A DNA stretch of 64,000 bases from Patescibacteria group bacterium (GCA_038064695.1 JBBTSO010000001.1:635-64634); one strand, 5' to 3'. Shown: positions 10,018 through 19,725, counted from the stretch's first letter. Notes: generated by a model not told the origin, from the letters alone. Translations and numbers: made by a program.

Positions 10018-10320
10018 CTATTTTTCATCTTTATTAAAAATTTTATCCAATCGTTCAATAAACCCCTGTAATCCTGGTGTTTCACTCTTGCCTTCCTTAT
10101 TTTCTTCTTTTCCATCCGTCTCTCCATCTGAGACAGGTTTTTCTGGAGCACCTGCTTCTCCAGAAGAGGTACTTGCGGGCTCTGCCTCATTGAAGACAGC
10201 GGTAACTAAAACTGCCGCAAGCACTGCGAGCATTACCCCTCCATAGGTAACGAGGCGAGGGTCAATAGAAAAAGAGGGGGCAGTAACGGCATTGAGATGT
10301 GTTTCTTTGCGTCTATCCAT
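10018..10320 (-). CDS. hypothetical membrane-anchored protein with acidic low-complexity tail
   Basis: Start taken at MDRRKE; TM helix [18 protein letters not shown] followed by a Glu/Lys/Gly-rich tail. Confidence 0.45.
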   Translation of the reverse strand: MDRRKETHLNAVTAPSFSIDPRLVTYGGVMLAVLAAVLVTAVFNEAEPASTSSGEAGAPEKPVSDGETDGKEENKEGKSETPGLQGFIERLDKIFNKDEK

Positions 10321-10360
10321 AACCTTAAAAGTACAGGACAAATAAACGTGTGTAAAGCAA

Positions 10361-10996
10361 CTACACTCCCACGAACAACCTGGAAAGAAAATAGACAAAT
10401 TTAGAGACGGGGTCACTAAACACAAAAACCAAGAGCATCAATACTCCAATAAGGCCGATGGGTCCGAGCGCGTAGGTCGTGTTTTCTAAACGGTTATACG
10501 CAATAGACGCGTTCAGGGGAAGAAGCGCTTTCAGTATTTTGGAGCCGTCCAAAGGCGGGATAGGGATGAGGTTGATGATGGCGAGTCCAAGATTTGCAAC
10601 AATGACCAAAACCGCAATCTGGAAAATAAACAGATCAATACCCCCACCAGCCGCACGAACAATCATTGCAACGACAAACGCAATCAAAATATTGGTGCCT
10701 GGCCCCGCAAAAGAAACGAGTGCTTCCCCCCACTTTCCGTGACGCAGGTTGTAGGGGTTGTACGGCACGGGCTTTGCCCACCCTATAAGAAACGGGGTGC
10801 CCGAAAGCGCCAAAATTCCTGGGACCAAAATGCTCCCTACAGGGTCAATATGCGGAATTGGGTTTAAAGTGAGTCGCCCCGACAGTCGCGCGGTGGGGTC
10901 GCCAAGCCAGTTTGCGACATACCCGTGCGCCACTTCGTGAAAAATGATTGAAAGGATAACGAGAACGATGCCGATAACAAAAACGTCGGGAGACAT
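10361..10996 (-). CDS. M50 family site-2 protease-like Zn metalloprotease
   Basis: HEVAHG (HExxH) in first TM region and NLIPIPPLDG second motif. Confidence 0.85.
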   Translation of the reverse strand: MSPDVFVIGIVLVILSIIFHEVAHGYVANWLGDPTARLSGRLTLNPIPHIDPVGSILVPGILALSGTPFLIGWAKPVPYNPYNLRHGKWGEALVSFAGPGTNILIAFVVAMIVRAAGGGIDLFIFQIAVLVIVANLGLAIINLIPIPPLDGSKILKALLPLNASIAYNRLENTTYALGPIGLIGVLMLLVFVFSDPVSKFVYFLSRLFVGV

Positions 10997-11045
10997 AAAA
11001 ATAAGTATACAGTATTGAGTATTCCGTATAGAGTATAGAAAAGAT

Positions 11046-11774
11046 ATGAAAACGTTAATTTATGGGAAACATCCTGTCCACGATGCTCTCACCCATCGCC
11101 CCGACGTGGTGGAAAAAGTCTTTGTGGAGCCAGAACAGCACCCCGAGTTAGACGCACTCGCCAAGACAAAAAAAGTATTTCGCGCGCCGTTTGATGAAAA
11201 AGCGATTGAAAAGAAAATTGGTGCTGACGCGGTACATCAAAAAATCGCGGCGATTGTTGATACTGAAAAACTGACCGCCGACTTTCACCCCTTTTTGGAA
11301 ACTATTCGCGGAAAATCAGGCGTTGCGCTCGCACTCCTCGCAGAAATTCAGGATCCACAAAATGTCGGAAGCATTATTCGCTCAGCGACGGCATTCGGAC
11401 TCTCCGGGGTGCTTATTCCTAAAGACCGTCAAGCACACATCACCGGTGCCGTGATAAAAGCGTCGGTTGGTGCCGCATTTACCATCCCGCTCGTGATGAT
11501 CGGCAACATCAACCAAGCGGTAGCGGAGTTAAAAGATAATCGCTTTTGGGTGTACGGCCTTGCGGGAGAGGGAGAAAAGAATGTTCGCGATGAAGATTTT
11601 TCTGAAAACAGTGTGATTATTGTGGGGAACGAAGCGCACGGTATTCGCGAAAAAACGTTTGAACATTGTGACGTGACACTCCGTATTCCGATATCTCCAA
11701 ATGTTGAGTCATTGAACGCGGGAACGAGCGCAGCTATCGCGTTTTACGAGTGGAAATCAAAACAAAACGGGTGA
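11046..11774 (+). CDS. TrmH/SpoU family RNA 2'-O-methyltransferase (RlmB-like)
   Basis: SpoU methylase fold motifs: GSIIRSATAFG, VIIVGNEAHGI, SLNAGTSAAIAFYE. Confidence 0.8.
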   Translation: MKTLIYGKHPVHDALTHRPDVVEKVFVEPEQHPELDALAKTKKVFRAPFDEKAIEKKIGADAVHQKIAAIVDTEKLTADFHPFLETIRGKSGVALALLAEIQDPQNVGSIIRSATAFGLSGVLIPKDRQAHITGAVIKASVGAAFTIPLVMIGNINQAVAELKDNRFWVYGLAGEGEKNVRDEDFSENSVIIVGNEAHGIREKTFEHCDVTLRIPISPNVESLNAGTSAAIAFYEWKSKQNG

Positions 11775-11795
11775 TACCCGATGGTATCCATTTTG

Positions 11796-12227
11796 TTAGT
11801 ATACGTGGCGGAAACGTCCATGTAAAAAGTACAGGAGTGCGAGTACGGCTGCCATAACTACCACAGCAGCAACAAAAGGTGCCTCACTAAAACCGGTGGA
11901 GTCACCCCCACCGGGACTGAACGTGCCATCTCCAGTTGCAGCACTGCCCGTCGGATCATCGTCATCAAAATTATCATTACTGGGGCGTTGTCTTTCTTTT
12001 TCTTCCCTCAGGAGTTTAACTCTGTCCATGGGTTGCCTAACACCGCGTCGGGTCATTTCTTCATTAATTGAACCGTCGAGCGAGGTGTCGCCAGTCCCGG
12101 TGACCGCGTGACGCAAACCAGTATAGTTCGCCAGCGCGTTCAACATTTCCATAGTCATCATAGAAAGAGGAACTATCGCAGCAAGTTTGAATAATGTTTC
12201 AGCTCTATTTTTCATATCAGAAAACAT
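11796..12227 (-). CDS. hypothetical tail-anchored protein (start at internal Met; longer ORF would overlap divergent gene)
   Basis: C-terminal TM FVAAVVVMAAVLALLYFL; Asp/Gly-rich middle. Confidence 0.35.
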   Translation of the reverse strand: MFSDMKNRAETLFKLAAIVPLSMMTMEMLNALANYTGLRHAVTGTGDTSLDGSINEEMTRRGVRQPMDRVKLLREEKERQRPSNDNFDDDDPTGSAATGDGTFSPGGGDSTGFSEAPFVAAVVVMAAVLALLYFLHGRFRHVY

Positions 12228-12266
12228 TCGAATAGTAGCTACATATGCGCTATAGTCAAGGCAGTT

Positions 12267-12983
12267 ATGCCGCGAAAGAAAAAAGATTTTTGGAATAGGG
12301 AGTACAACCGTGCGTCGCACCTCGCGCTTTCCGACACACACGCTGAAGACTTGGAAAAATTCACGCGATTTTTAGAGCGCAAAAGTGGTAAGCAGCAGCT
12401 GAATGTCACGACGCGTCTCGTAGATATTGGGTGTGGAAATGGGAGAAACGCGCTTTTTCTTGCTTCAGAGTTTGGCATGCACGGACTCGGCTACGACACC
12501 TCGGGAGAAGCAGTGAAACAGGCCATTGTCGCGGAGCGCGAACTATTTGGTGAGAATGAAAAACCGCGCGTTGAGTTTAAAGTGGGAGACTTGCGCGAAC
12601 CCATTCCCCTCCCTGATGCGTCAGTAACCATCGCGCTCGATATGATGGCGTCACACTATCTAAAACGCGCGGAGCGCCTCGCGCTCCGCGCGGAAATTCT
12701 CCGTGTCTTAAAACCGAACGGCTGGCTCTTTTTCAAAACATTTTTGCGAGACGAAGACCAAAACGCTGAGCAACTTTTGAAAGAGCACCCGGGACCAGAG
12801 GAAGGGATGTACGTTCACCCTGAAATTAAAAAAGCGGAGTACGTGTGGTGGGAGAAAGATATCTATGAATTTTTTGAACCGTACTTCACCATCCACAAGT
12901 TTGAGCGCTCCCACAAACACGTCAACAAAAAAGGCGGCGCGTGGAAGCGCCGCACGGCGAGCGTGTACCTAGAAAAAAACTAA
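12267..12983 (+). CDS. class I SAM-dependent methyltransferase
   Basis: Motif I VDIGCGNGRNALFLA, LKPNGWLFF motif. Confidence 0.75.
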   Translation: MPRKKKDFWNREYNRASHLALSDTHAEDLEKFTRFLERKSGKQQLNVTTRLVDIGCGNGRNALFLASEFGMHGLGYDTSGEAVKQAIVAERELFGENEKPRVEFKVGDLREPIPLPDASVTIALDMMASHYLKRAERLALRAEILRVLKPNGWLFFKTFLRDEDQNAEQLLKEHPGPEEGMYVHPEIKKAEYVWWEKDIYEFFEPYFTIHKFERSHKHVNKKGGAWKRRTASVYLEKN

Positions 12984-12987
12984 CCGC

Positions 12988-13317
12988 TTACCGACGAGAG
13001 TTGTCGTACATATCAATACTTCTTTCAGCTCTGTCCAAAACAAGTTGAACCTCTGCAAGCTGACTTTCCAAATCTTCTTTTGACAACCGTCCTGCTTGAT
13101 ATTCACTATAAAGGTGGTCGAGACGAGCAGAATTATAAGAAAGATCTCCTACAATTGACTCGTATACTTTCGGATCAATCACGCCATTGAGTGGTTCTAA
13201 ACGCTGTTCTAACTCGACAATATCACTCTTCATATCAAAGATATCTAGCTCAAACGGCTCAACTGTCCACATATCCTCAGACGTCACTTCGGCAAAGCTT
13301 GCTGCTAGTTCAAACAT
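12988..13317 (-). CDS. hypothetical acidic protein (109 aa)
   Basis: Leaderless with consensus promoter TTGACA(13349-54)-N16-TATAAT(13327-32) on minus strand. Confidence 0.5.
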   Translation of the reverse strand: MFELAASFAEVTSEDMWTVEPFELDIFDMKSDIVELEQRLEPLNGVIDPKVYESIVGDLSYNSARLDHLYSEYQAGRLSKEDLESQLAEVQLVLDRAERSIDMYDNSRR

Positions 13318-13398
13318 AATAAATGCATTATAACAAATGAGAAATATTTGTCAAGTTTTGCCTCACTTCCCTCTCTAGCTCTTGTGAATGAGGGAAAT

Positions 13399-13427
13399 TT
13401 GACACAAAATAAATAAAATGCTATAAT
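13399..13427 (+). promoter_or_regulatory. perfect consensus sigma70 promoter, leaderless
   Basis: TTGACA(13399-404)-N17-TATAAT(13422-27), ATG at 13434. Confidence 0.6.
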
Positions 13428-13433
13428 GAATGA

Positions 13434-14030
13434 ATGGTTGAGTTGCCTGACATATTCGATACACTTTCCGAAATTTTCCAAAAAGAACCTTCGGACGTAC
13501 CGACATCTTCGAACCAATTTCCTGTTGAAGAAGCCACGGAAGAAGCGGCTGAACAAACTACCGTGGCAGATGAAATTCTTGTTGAACTGATTCATCCTAA
13601 CGAAATTTACGAAAAAGGACGCGAGCTCGCTAATTTATCGTGGTCTGAATCACAAGACGAGTACCGTTTATATCTTGAAGAACAGGTGAGAATGTTAAAA
13701 GCAGACACGTTGAGTGTTATTGATCGAGTAGAAAACCTACCTGATAGCGCCGAAAAAACAAAAACGTTATCACAACTTTACGAATTTTTAGGACGTTTAA
13801 GTTCAATGGAAGATCGTGTAAACGACCCACTCCCCACATCACTTTCACAAATTCCAGAAGAATACCGTGTAATGTACAAAGAAGTACTGGGGAGAGATAT
13901 TACGCTTGTTGAATATAGACAAGATATAATCGCCTCGTACTACAAAACAATAATGGATGCTCAAGAACCCATCGGAAAAAATACGCTTGCAATCCCTTCA
14001 TCTTCTTCTCAAAACACTCCTGTTTCCTAG
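13434..14030 (+). CDS. hypothetical acidic protein (198 aa)
   Basis: Long ORF, divergent from 12988..13317, strong promoter. Confidence 0.55.
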   Translation: MVELPDIFDTLSEIFQKEPSDVPTSSNQFPVEEATEEAAEQTTVADEILVELIHPNEIYEKGRELANLSWSESQDEYRLYLEEQVRMLKADTLSVIDRVENLPDSAEKTKTLSQLYEFLGRLSSMEDRVNDPLPTSLSQIPEEYRVMYKEVLGRDITLVEYRQDIIASYYKTIMDAQEPIGKNTLAIPSSSSQNTPVS

Positions 14031-14079
14031 TGGATGCATACTTCCCTTTTAAAATAAGCCGTGTTACATTACTAAAACT

Positions 14080-14322
14080 ATGGCACGAGAATGCGCAGTC
14101 ACCGGCAAATCAACCCTCATGGGAGGGCGGTATTCAAACCGCACCCGTGCGACGCAGTTCAATCCGTGCGGTAAAGTACGCCGCTCAGCAAACCTCCAAA
14201 AACGAAAGGTGTTCATTCCTGAACTCAACAAAACAGTGTCGCTCATTCTCTCAACCAAAGCACTCAAAACTATTTCAAAACGAGGCGCCTACGCAACGCT
14301 CAAAAAAGCAGGCATCGTCTAA
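14080..14322 (+). CDS. rpmB: 50S ribosomal protein L28
   Basis: MARECAVTGKSTLMGG ... RKVFIPELNKTVSL matches bL28. Confidence 0.85.
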   Translation: MARECAVTGKSTLMGGRYSNRTRATQFNPCGKVRRSANLQKRKVFIPELNKTVSLILSTKALKTISKRGAYATLKKAGIV

Positions 14323-14350
14323 AAAAACCCGCACGTGCGGGTTTTTTCTT
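14321..14350. terminator. bidirectional rho-independent terminator
   Basis: AAAAAAACCCGCACGTGCGGGTTTTTTC perfect hairpin. Confidence 0.7.
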
Positions 14351-15176
14351 ATCTAACCTTGAGTGATTTCCCATCAGCTACAAACGTAACTGTGCCGTTG
14401 GTACACGTATCAAACGCTGTAACAGAAAGTCTTTTAAATAATTCAACGACGTCACGCGAAGGGTGCCCGTAGCGGTTGTCGCACCCGCGAGAAAATACCA
14501 CGTAGGAAGGGTTCACTGCTTTTACAAACGTTTCGTTGGAAGAGGTGCGCGACCCATGATGTCCTGCTTTAAGTACGTCACTCTCTAAATTTTTTCCATA
14601 TATAGAAAAAAGATATTTTTCTATAGAGTGTGGTGCGTCTCCAGTTAAGAGAAACGAGTGGCCACCATAGGCAACCCGAAGCACAATGGAAGCCGTGTTT
14701 GACTCAACTCCTGAGACGTCGCGGTCGGGAAACAAAATGTCCGCGTAGGCGCCATCACCCAACAGCAGACGCATGCCGCGCCGCGCAACTACTTCACGCG
14801 CGCCCTCCGCGTCACGGGCACGCGTGAATGCGTTTTGCGCAGGGGTGTCAGCACTGTTTCCTGATTCAATAACTGTTCCCACTTGGTAGCGGTCAAGCAC
14901 GTAGGAGAGTCCGCCCACGTGGTCTTGGTCAGGGTGCGTCGACACCACTACATCTATGGTGCGATCATAAAACGGCATCACACTTCTTATTTCCCGCAAA
15001 ACGCCGCGCGTTGCTCCGCCATCAACTAACACTTGAACACCGCTTGGACTTTCAATAAAAATCGCATCGCCCTGTCCCACATCAAGAAACGCGACCGTTA
15101 AAACCTCTTTGGGGTGGAGTGAAAACACCAAAACCACCGGGACCACCAAAAGGAGAAAAAAGGTGAGTCGTCGCAT
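14349..15176 (-). CDS. membrane-anchored metallo-beta-lactamase fold protein, ComEC C-terminal-domain-like
   Basis: Signal/TM MRRLTFFLLLVVPVVLVF; MBL motif STHPDQDHVGG; GHHGS. Confidence 0.75.
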   Translation of the reverse strand: MRRLTFFLLLVVPVVLVFSLHPKEVLTVAFLDVGQGDAIFIESPSGVQVLVDGGATRGVLREIRSVMPFYDRTIDVVVSTHPDQDHVGGLSYVLDRYQVGTVIESGNSADTPAQNAFTRARDAEGAREVVARRGMRLLLGDGAYADILFPDRDVSGVESNTASIVLRVAYGGHSFLLTGDAPHSIEKYLFSIYGKNLESDVLKAGHHGSRTSSNETFVKAVNPSYVVFSRGCDNRYGHPSRDVVELFKRLSVTAFDTCTNGTVTFVADGKSLKVR

Positions 15177-15184
15177 ATCCTCCT

Positions 15185-15784
15185 ATGGTACACTCCGCCT
15201 ATATGCATTACACACCACAAAAATTTACCTTTAATTCTCTCAAAGGAATCTCAGAAAAACAACTTGATGTCCATATCAAACTCTATGAAGGGTATGTGAA
15301 ACACGTCAATGTATTGGAGGAAACAATCGCCGATCTTCTTAAAGATTCAGAAAAAAATGCCTACGCACTTTCGGAGGTAAAACGCCGACTTGGGTTTGAG
15401 TGGAATGGTATGCGCATGCACGAGCACTACTTTGCGCAATGGGAAGGGTCACACATCCCACTTTCAAAAGAGTTAGATGCTGCGCTCACGCAAGAATGGA
15501 GTGGCAACATTATGAACATGGTGAATGAATTTAAAGCGGTTGCCATGATGCGAGGCATTGGATGGACTCTCCTTTCACAAGATAATAAAACGAAACAATT
15601 TACCATTCACTGGGTTTCTGACCACGAGCTTGGGCAGTTAAACGACACCACCACTATTTTGGCGCTCGATATGTGGGAACACGCCTATATGGTTGACTAC
15701 ACTCCTGCTGAAAAGAAAAACTACGTTGACGCGTGGTTCAACAACCTAAACGGTGAGGTTATTTCAAAAAGATACAAAAATTAG
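15185..15784 (+). CDS. Fe/Mn superoxide dismutase-like protein
   Basis: C-terminal DMWEHAYY-type motif (LDMWEHAYMVDY); divergent N-terminus; start codon 8 bp from divergent MBL gene start. Confidence 0.7.
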   Translation: MVHSAYMHYTPQKFTFNSLKGISEKQLDVHIKLYEGYVKHVNVLEETIADLLKDSEKNAYALSEVKRRLGFEWNGMRMHEHYFAQWEGSHIPLSKELDAALTQEWSGNIMNMVNEFKAVAMMRGIGWTLLSQDNKTKQFTIHWVSDHELGQLNDTTTILALDMWEHAYMVDYTPAEKKNYVDAWFNNLNGEVISKRYKN

Positions 15785-15842
15785 TGACGACTAGTGGTTG
15801 AAGTTTAGTTGATAGGGGTTAGCAAAACAATAAAAACAAAAA

Positions 15843-16181
15843 CTACAGAGGAGCCGCGATCGGACGAGACGAACAGGTAACGTACCACAAGCCACCTACA
15901 ACTACCGCTGCCGCGCAAAAAAGAGCTGCAAATTCAGCGGGGGTATCAATGGAACCCAAACCTTTAATGATTCCTTCCAATTCTTTTTCTCCAACTTTAT
16001 CCCACTCCGGGTCCAAGGTAGGACTAGCTCCTGGTTCACCTCCTTTAGACCAAATACCAGAAACTTGGTTACCATTGTTCCCGTAACTGCCTCGACTGCC
16101 AGAACGGGCTCCAACAGCACTTATCCCCGCTATAAGAACAAGACCAGAAAGAAGCATTTCTTTTGACTTCATGACAAACAT
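15843..16181 (-). CDS. hypothetical exported protein with N-terminal signal and C-terminal hydrophobic anchor
   Basis: MKSKEMLLSGLVLIAGISAVGA ... FAALFCAAAVVVGGLWYV. Confidence 0.4.
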   Translation of the reverse strand: MFVMKSKEMLLSGLVLIAGISAVGARSGSRGSYGNNGNQVSGIWSKGGEPGASPTLDPEWDKVGEKELEGIIKGLGSIDTPAEFAALFCAAAVVVGGLWYVTCSSRPIAAPL

Positions 16182-16227
16182 TAAATCACATTTTTAAAAA
16201 AGAGCAAGTTACCCGAAATAGAGTGAG

Positions 16228-17646
16228 TTAAAACCATGGAATGGTTATAGCGGCGAAGGGTAAATTTCCAAACCACACTGAAACAGTCAAAATGTAGACA
16301 AGCAGCGCTTGAGTTATAAACGTAAACGGGAGCGCCAAGAGTGGGTGCACAAAACTAATGACACTCGCCACAAATCCAAAAAACATCGCGTAGGGCACCG
16401 CTCCTAACACAAGAATATTGGCGAATGGCGCGACGAGCGAAACGCTCCCGATTGAGAGTACAAGGACGGGGAGCACTGCAATTTGCGCGGCGAGTGTTGC
16501 GCCAGCAATCTCGCGTATGCCGAAACGCTCCGTAAGCCACGATAGTTTTTGAGCGAGCGGGTTTGCCCACAAAAGAATCCCCGCGGTCGCCACAAACGAA
16601 AGTTGAAACGAGAGGTCAAAGAGGAGAAGGTACGGGTTCCACAACACCATCACTCCGCCTGCAACGAGAAGCGCGCGAAGCGCGTCATGTGGCCGAGCGA
16701 GGAGTGTCCCTACGAGCAAAATTCCTGCCATCAAAGACGCGCGCACGGTTGTTTCAGATGCTCCTGTCATAAGTGCAAAAGAGACAATGGCGAGAATCAG
16801 CACGGTGCTCCGTGCTGCAAGTGGAAGAAATGTTTCGGTTATTTTTGAAAGTGCCTGAACGATGAGAGAAACATTGTAGCCAGACAAAACCACCATGTGC
16901 ACTACACCGGCGCGTTGGAAAGACTCGTATAAACGAGTTCCGAGAGACTGCTGCTCCCCTAACAGCAACCCTGAAAGGAGTGGTGCTTCGGGGTCAGGGA
17001 GCAAAAGCTCAATGCGAGAGACAAGTGTATCTTTAAAAGAAGTGAGCGCGGCAATAATTTGATTTCCCGCATTTTCCTCCACGACCTCAACGTTTGCAAA
17101 TGAAATAACGTGGGTAACGCGATGGGCGCGCAAAAACTTTTCGTAATTAAAAGCGCGCCCGGTATCAGTTTCAAACGACTCTGGCTTTTTTATCACTCCC
17201 TCAATAGCGACACGGTCGCCGTAGTGAAACGCATTGTATGGGTCAGTGGAAACCATTACCACCCCCAGAGTAGGGTGCTGATTTACCGACTCAATTTGTA
17301 CGCGCAATCGCGTAGTCGTCTCACGTTTTTCAGGAGCACTACTCACCACCCCCACCATATGAACGCGTGCCCCCTCAAATTGAACGAGATCCTCTGAAAT
17401 ACTCTGGTCAAAAAAGTACGCACGAGTACTCCCGAGGAGTGCCGCGCACAGTATCAGCACCACTCCCCACAGGAACACTGAGTGTCGGCGTTTTCTGAGC
17501 AGTGTTATTAAAATAAGTGCCACTGCCACGCATACAAAAAATCCACTGACTATGAGTGGATTACCTACAGTTCCAAAAAATGCGCCGGTAAAAATTCCAC
17601 CGACCGTAAGCGGAAGTATTGCGTTAGTCTCCTTTATCCATTGCAT
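16228..17646 (-). CDS. comEC: ComEC/Rec2 DNA internalisation channel, N-terminal (DUF4131-like) plus competence domain, lacking the MBL domain
   Basis: Polytopic; OB-like segment RLRVQIESV...GDRVAIEGVIKKPE; TM-rich competence domain; start set at MQWIK to avoid 100-bp overlap with rnhA. Confidence 0.75.
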   Translation of the reverse strand: MQWIKETNAILPLTVGGIFTGAFFGTVGNPLIVSGFFVCVAVALILITLLRKRRHSVFLWGVVLILCAALLGSTRAYFFDQSISEDLVQFEGARVHMVGVVSSAPEKRETTTRLRVQIESVNQHPTLGVVMVSTDPYNAFHYGDRVAIEGVIKKPESFETDTGRAFNYEKFLRAHRVTHVISFANVEVVEENAGNQIIAALTSFKDTLVSRIELLLPDPEAPLLSGLLLGEQQSLGTRLYESFQRAGVVHMVVLSGYNVSLIVQALSKITETFLPLAARSTVLILAIVSFALMTGASETTVRASLMAGILLVGTLLARPHDALRALLVAGGVMVLWNPYLLLFDLSFQLSFVATAGILLWANPLAQKLSWLTERFGIREIAGATLAAQIAVLPVLVLSIGSVSLVAPFANILVLGAVPYAMFFGFVASVISFVHPLLALPFTFITQALLVYILTVSVWFGNLPFAAITIPWF

Positions 17647-18040
17647 GGTTAGCGAGCTCATCCGCCCGGGTGTTATATTCACGGCGAACGTGTTCAAAGT
17701 GAACGCGGAGGGCGTGGCGCGCAATGTACGCTTTTATCTCCATATATTTTTCCTTTAACACAGGCGCTTTGACCCGGTACTCCCCCTTCATCTGTTTCAC
17801 AATTAACTCAGAGTCCATGCGAATAAGTACCTCGTGTTCGTCTAAATTTTTTACCGCGCGATGCGCACACTTCAACGCCAAAATAAGTGCTTCGTACTCA
17901 GCAAAGTTGTTCGTTTGAATTCCTAAAAATTTTGATACGGTTCCGATTTCTTTTTCACCTTCATAGACGACTGCGCCGGCGCCCGAAGGCCCTGGATTCC
18001 CTCGTGAACCACCATCGGTGTAAATAACAATGCGCTTCAT
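17624..18040 (-). CDS. rnhA: ribonuclease HI
   Basis: IYTDGGSRGNPGPSGAG ... FAEYEALILAL ... YNTRADELAN. Confidence 0.9.
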   Translation of the reverse strand: MKRIVIYTDGGSRGNPGPSGAGAVVYEGEKEIGTVSKFLGIQTNNFAEYEALILALKCAHRAVKNLDEHEVLIRMDSELIVKQMKGEYRVKAPVLKEKYMEIKAYIARHALRVHFEHVRREYNTRADELANHAMDKGD

Positions 18041-19725
18041 GAAGTGTATTCTACCGTACGAGATGTGACAGGTGCAGCGAGTGAAATTTCTTCAAGACGA
18101 AGCCGCATTTCTTTTTTATTACCAAAAAATGATTGCTCAAAAGACCCCGTGATGGTCACTCGATCCCCCTTTGAAAGTAGCGAAAGAGTGCTCTTAAAGG
18201 GTGCGCGCGAAATAAAAAAACTCACCGCGTCAATTTTCTTTCCCATTTCGTCAGAAAACGTGACCCGCGCATGCTCTTGGTGAGACCCGAAGTACATAAG
18301 TTGCTCTACGCGAACATCCAAAATTGAAAAAAGTGGTTTTGGGTTTCCCATTCCAAAAGGAGCGAGCGCGCGCATGCTTTCATACAGCGAGGTGTTGAGT
18401 TCCCCCAGTGAAGCTTTAAGTGGGTCGGTAGCACTTTTTTTAGTAGTTGGTGCGTCTACGGTTGTTGCCCCTGCGTATTTTTCTTCAAGAATTTCAGACA
18501 GTGTGTGAATAGCCTCTGCTTTTACGGAAAAACCCCCCGAGAGTTCATGTCCACCAAACTCAATAAACGCTTCTTTTGCGTGAGTCATAAGCGCCACAAT
18601 ATTGACACTCCCATTTGAACGGCAGGAACCTTTTATGAGGTCACCTTCTTTACCCCAAAGACACACTGTTTTTTGATACGTCTCAACAATGTTCGTCGCT
18701 GCGATTCCTAAGAGTGACGGCTTCCAATCGACGTGTCCCAACACAATAACGTTCCCGAGGGGACGCCCTTCAAGGCGATGTTTTACCTCCTTCGCCACGC
18801 GCGCGCCTTCAAGTTTGCGCGCATCATTTAAACGCACCAATTCTTTCGCCAATTCTTTCGCACGAACATCATCAGTGGTAGTTAGAAGTTCAAGTGCTAA
18901 CTGTGGACTTTTCATACGGCTTGCGGCGTTTATTTTAGGCGCCACTGAAAAACTAATATCGTCTTCAGTTATGGTTGCAATCGGGATGCGCATTTTTTCT
19001 AGCAACGTTCGCAACCCTTTTCGCCTCCCCTTCTTTAGTACCACTAGTCCAAAGTGAACCAGCGTCCTGTTTTCCCCCGTAAGCGAAACCATATCCGCGA
19101 TAGTGGCGATCGCCACTAAGTCCAACAGCCACTTTAGGGCGCCGGGAGTAGTCGCAAACGAGCCGCGCGCGAGGATTGCCTCAGCAAATTTAAAGGCGAC
19201 TCCCGTGCCACACAATTCTTTAAAGGGATATTCGCAGTCCGCGCGGTGAGGGTTCAACACCGCCACCGCATTCGGCAACCCATACTCCTGAGGAAGGTGG
19301 TGATCGGTAATGATTACGTCAACGCCGAGTGTTTTAGCAAACGTAACTTCGGCAACCGCCGTAATACCACAATCAACGGAAATAATAAGCGAAACCCCCT
19401 CTTCGTGAAGTTTTGCGATGCCTGCTTTATTTAATCCATACCCTTCACTGCGCTCAGCAATGTATGAAGTGAGTGGGTAGTTGATAAGTTTAAAAAAATC
19501 ACGCATCAAGGCGCCTCCCGGAACCCCATCGCAGTCGTAGTCGCTCCACACGGCAACCGTTTCACCTCGCGAAAACGCCAAGAGAACGCGCTCAACTGCC
19601 ACGTCCATATCGCGCATTAAAAAAGGGTCCGGTCTCTCGTCGTACGAAGGAGCACAGAAGGATTCAATGTCACCTATTCCTCTCTCAACTATCAATCGCT
19701 CTACAAGTGGGTGGAGAGGACGCAT
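18037..19725 (-). CDS. recJ: single-stranded-DNA-specific exonuclease RecJ
   Basis: DHH motifs VWSDYDCDGV and ITDHH; 4-bp overlap with rnhA. Confidence 0.88.
   Translation of the reverse strand: MRPLHPLVERLIVERGIGDIESFCAPSYDERPDPFLMRDMDVAVERVLLAFSRGETVAVWSDYDCDGVPGGALMRDFFKLINYPLTSYIAERSEGYGLNKAGIAKLHEEGVSLIISVDCGITAVAEVTFAKTLGVDVIITDHHLPQEYGLPNAVAVLNPHRADCEYPFKELCGTGVAFKFAEAILARGSFATTPGALKWLLDLVAIATIADMVSLTGENRTLVHFGLVVLKKGRRKGLRTLLEKMRIPIATITEDDISFSVAPKINAASRMKSPQLALELLTTTDDVRAKELAKELVRLNDARKLEGARVAKEVKHRLEGRPLGNVIVLGHVDWKPSLLGIAATNIVETYQKTVCLWGKEGDLIKGSCRSNGSVNIVALMTHAKEAFIEFGGHELSGGFSVKAEAIHTLSEILEEKYAGATTVDAPTTKKSATDPLKASLGELNTSLYESMRALAPFGMGNPKPLFSILDVRVEQLMYFGSHQEHARVTFSDEMGKKIDAVSFFISRAPFKSTLSLLSKGDRVTITGSFEQSFFGNKKEMRLRLEEISLAAPVTSRTVEYTS

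Noticed and set aside
16355-16848. ORFs 16355..16570, 16404..16619, 16549..16848, 16563..16772 and similar
   Set aside because: These are alternative-frame or antisense shadow ORFs lying entirely inside the comEC coding region.
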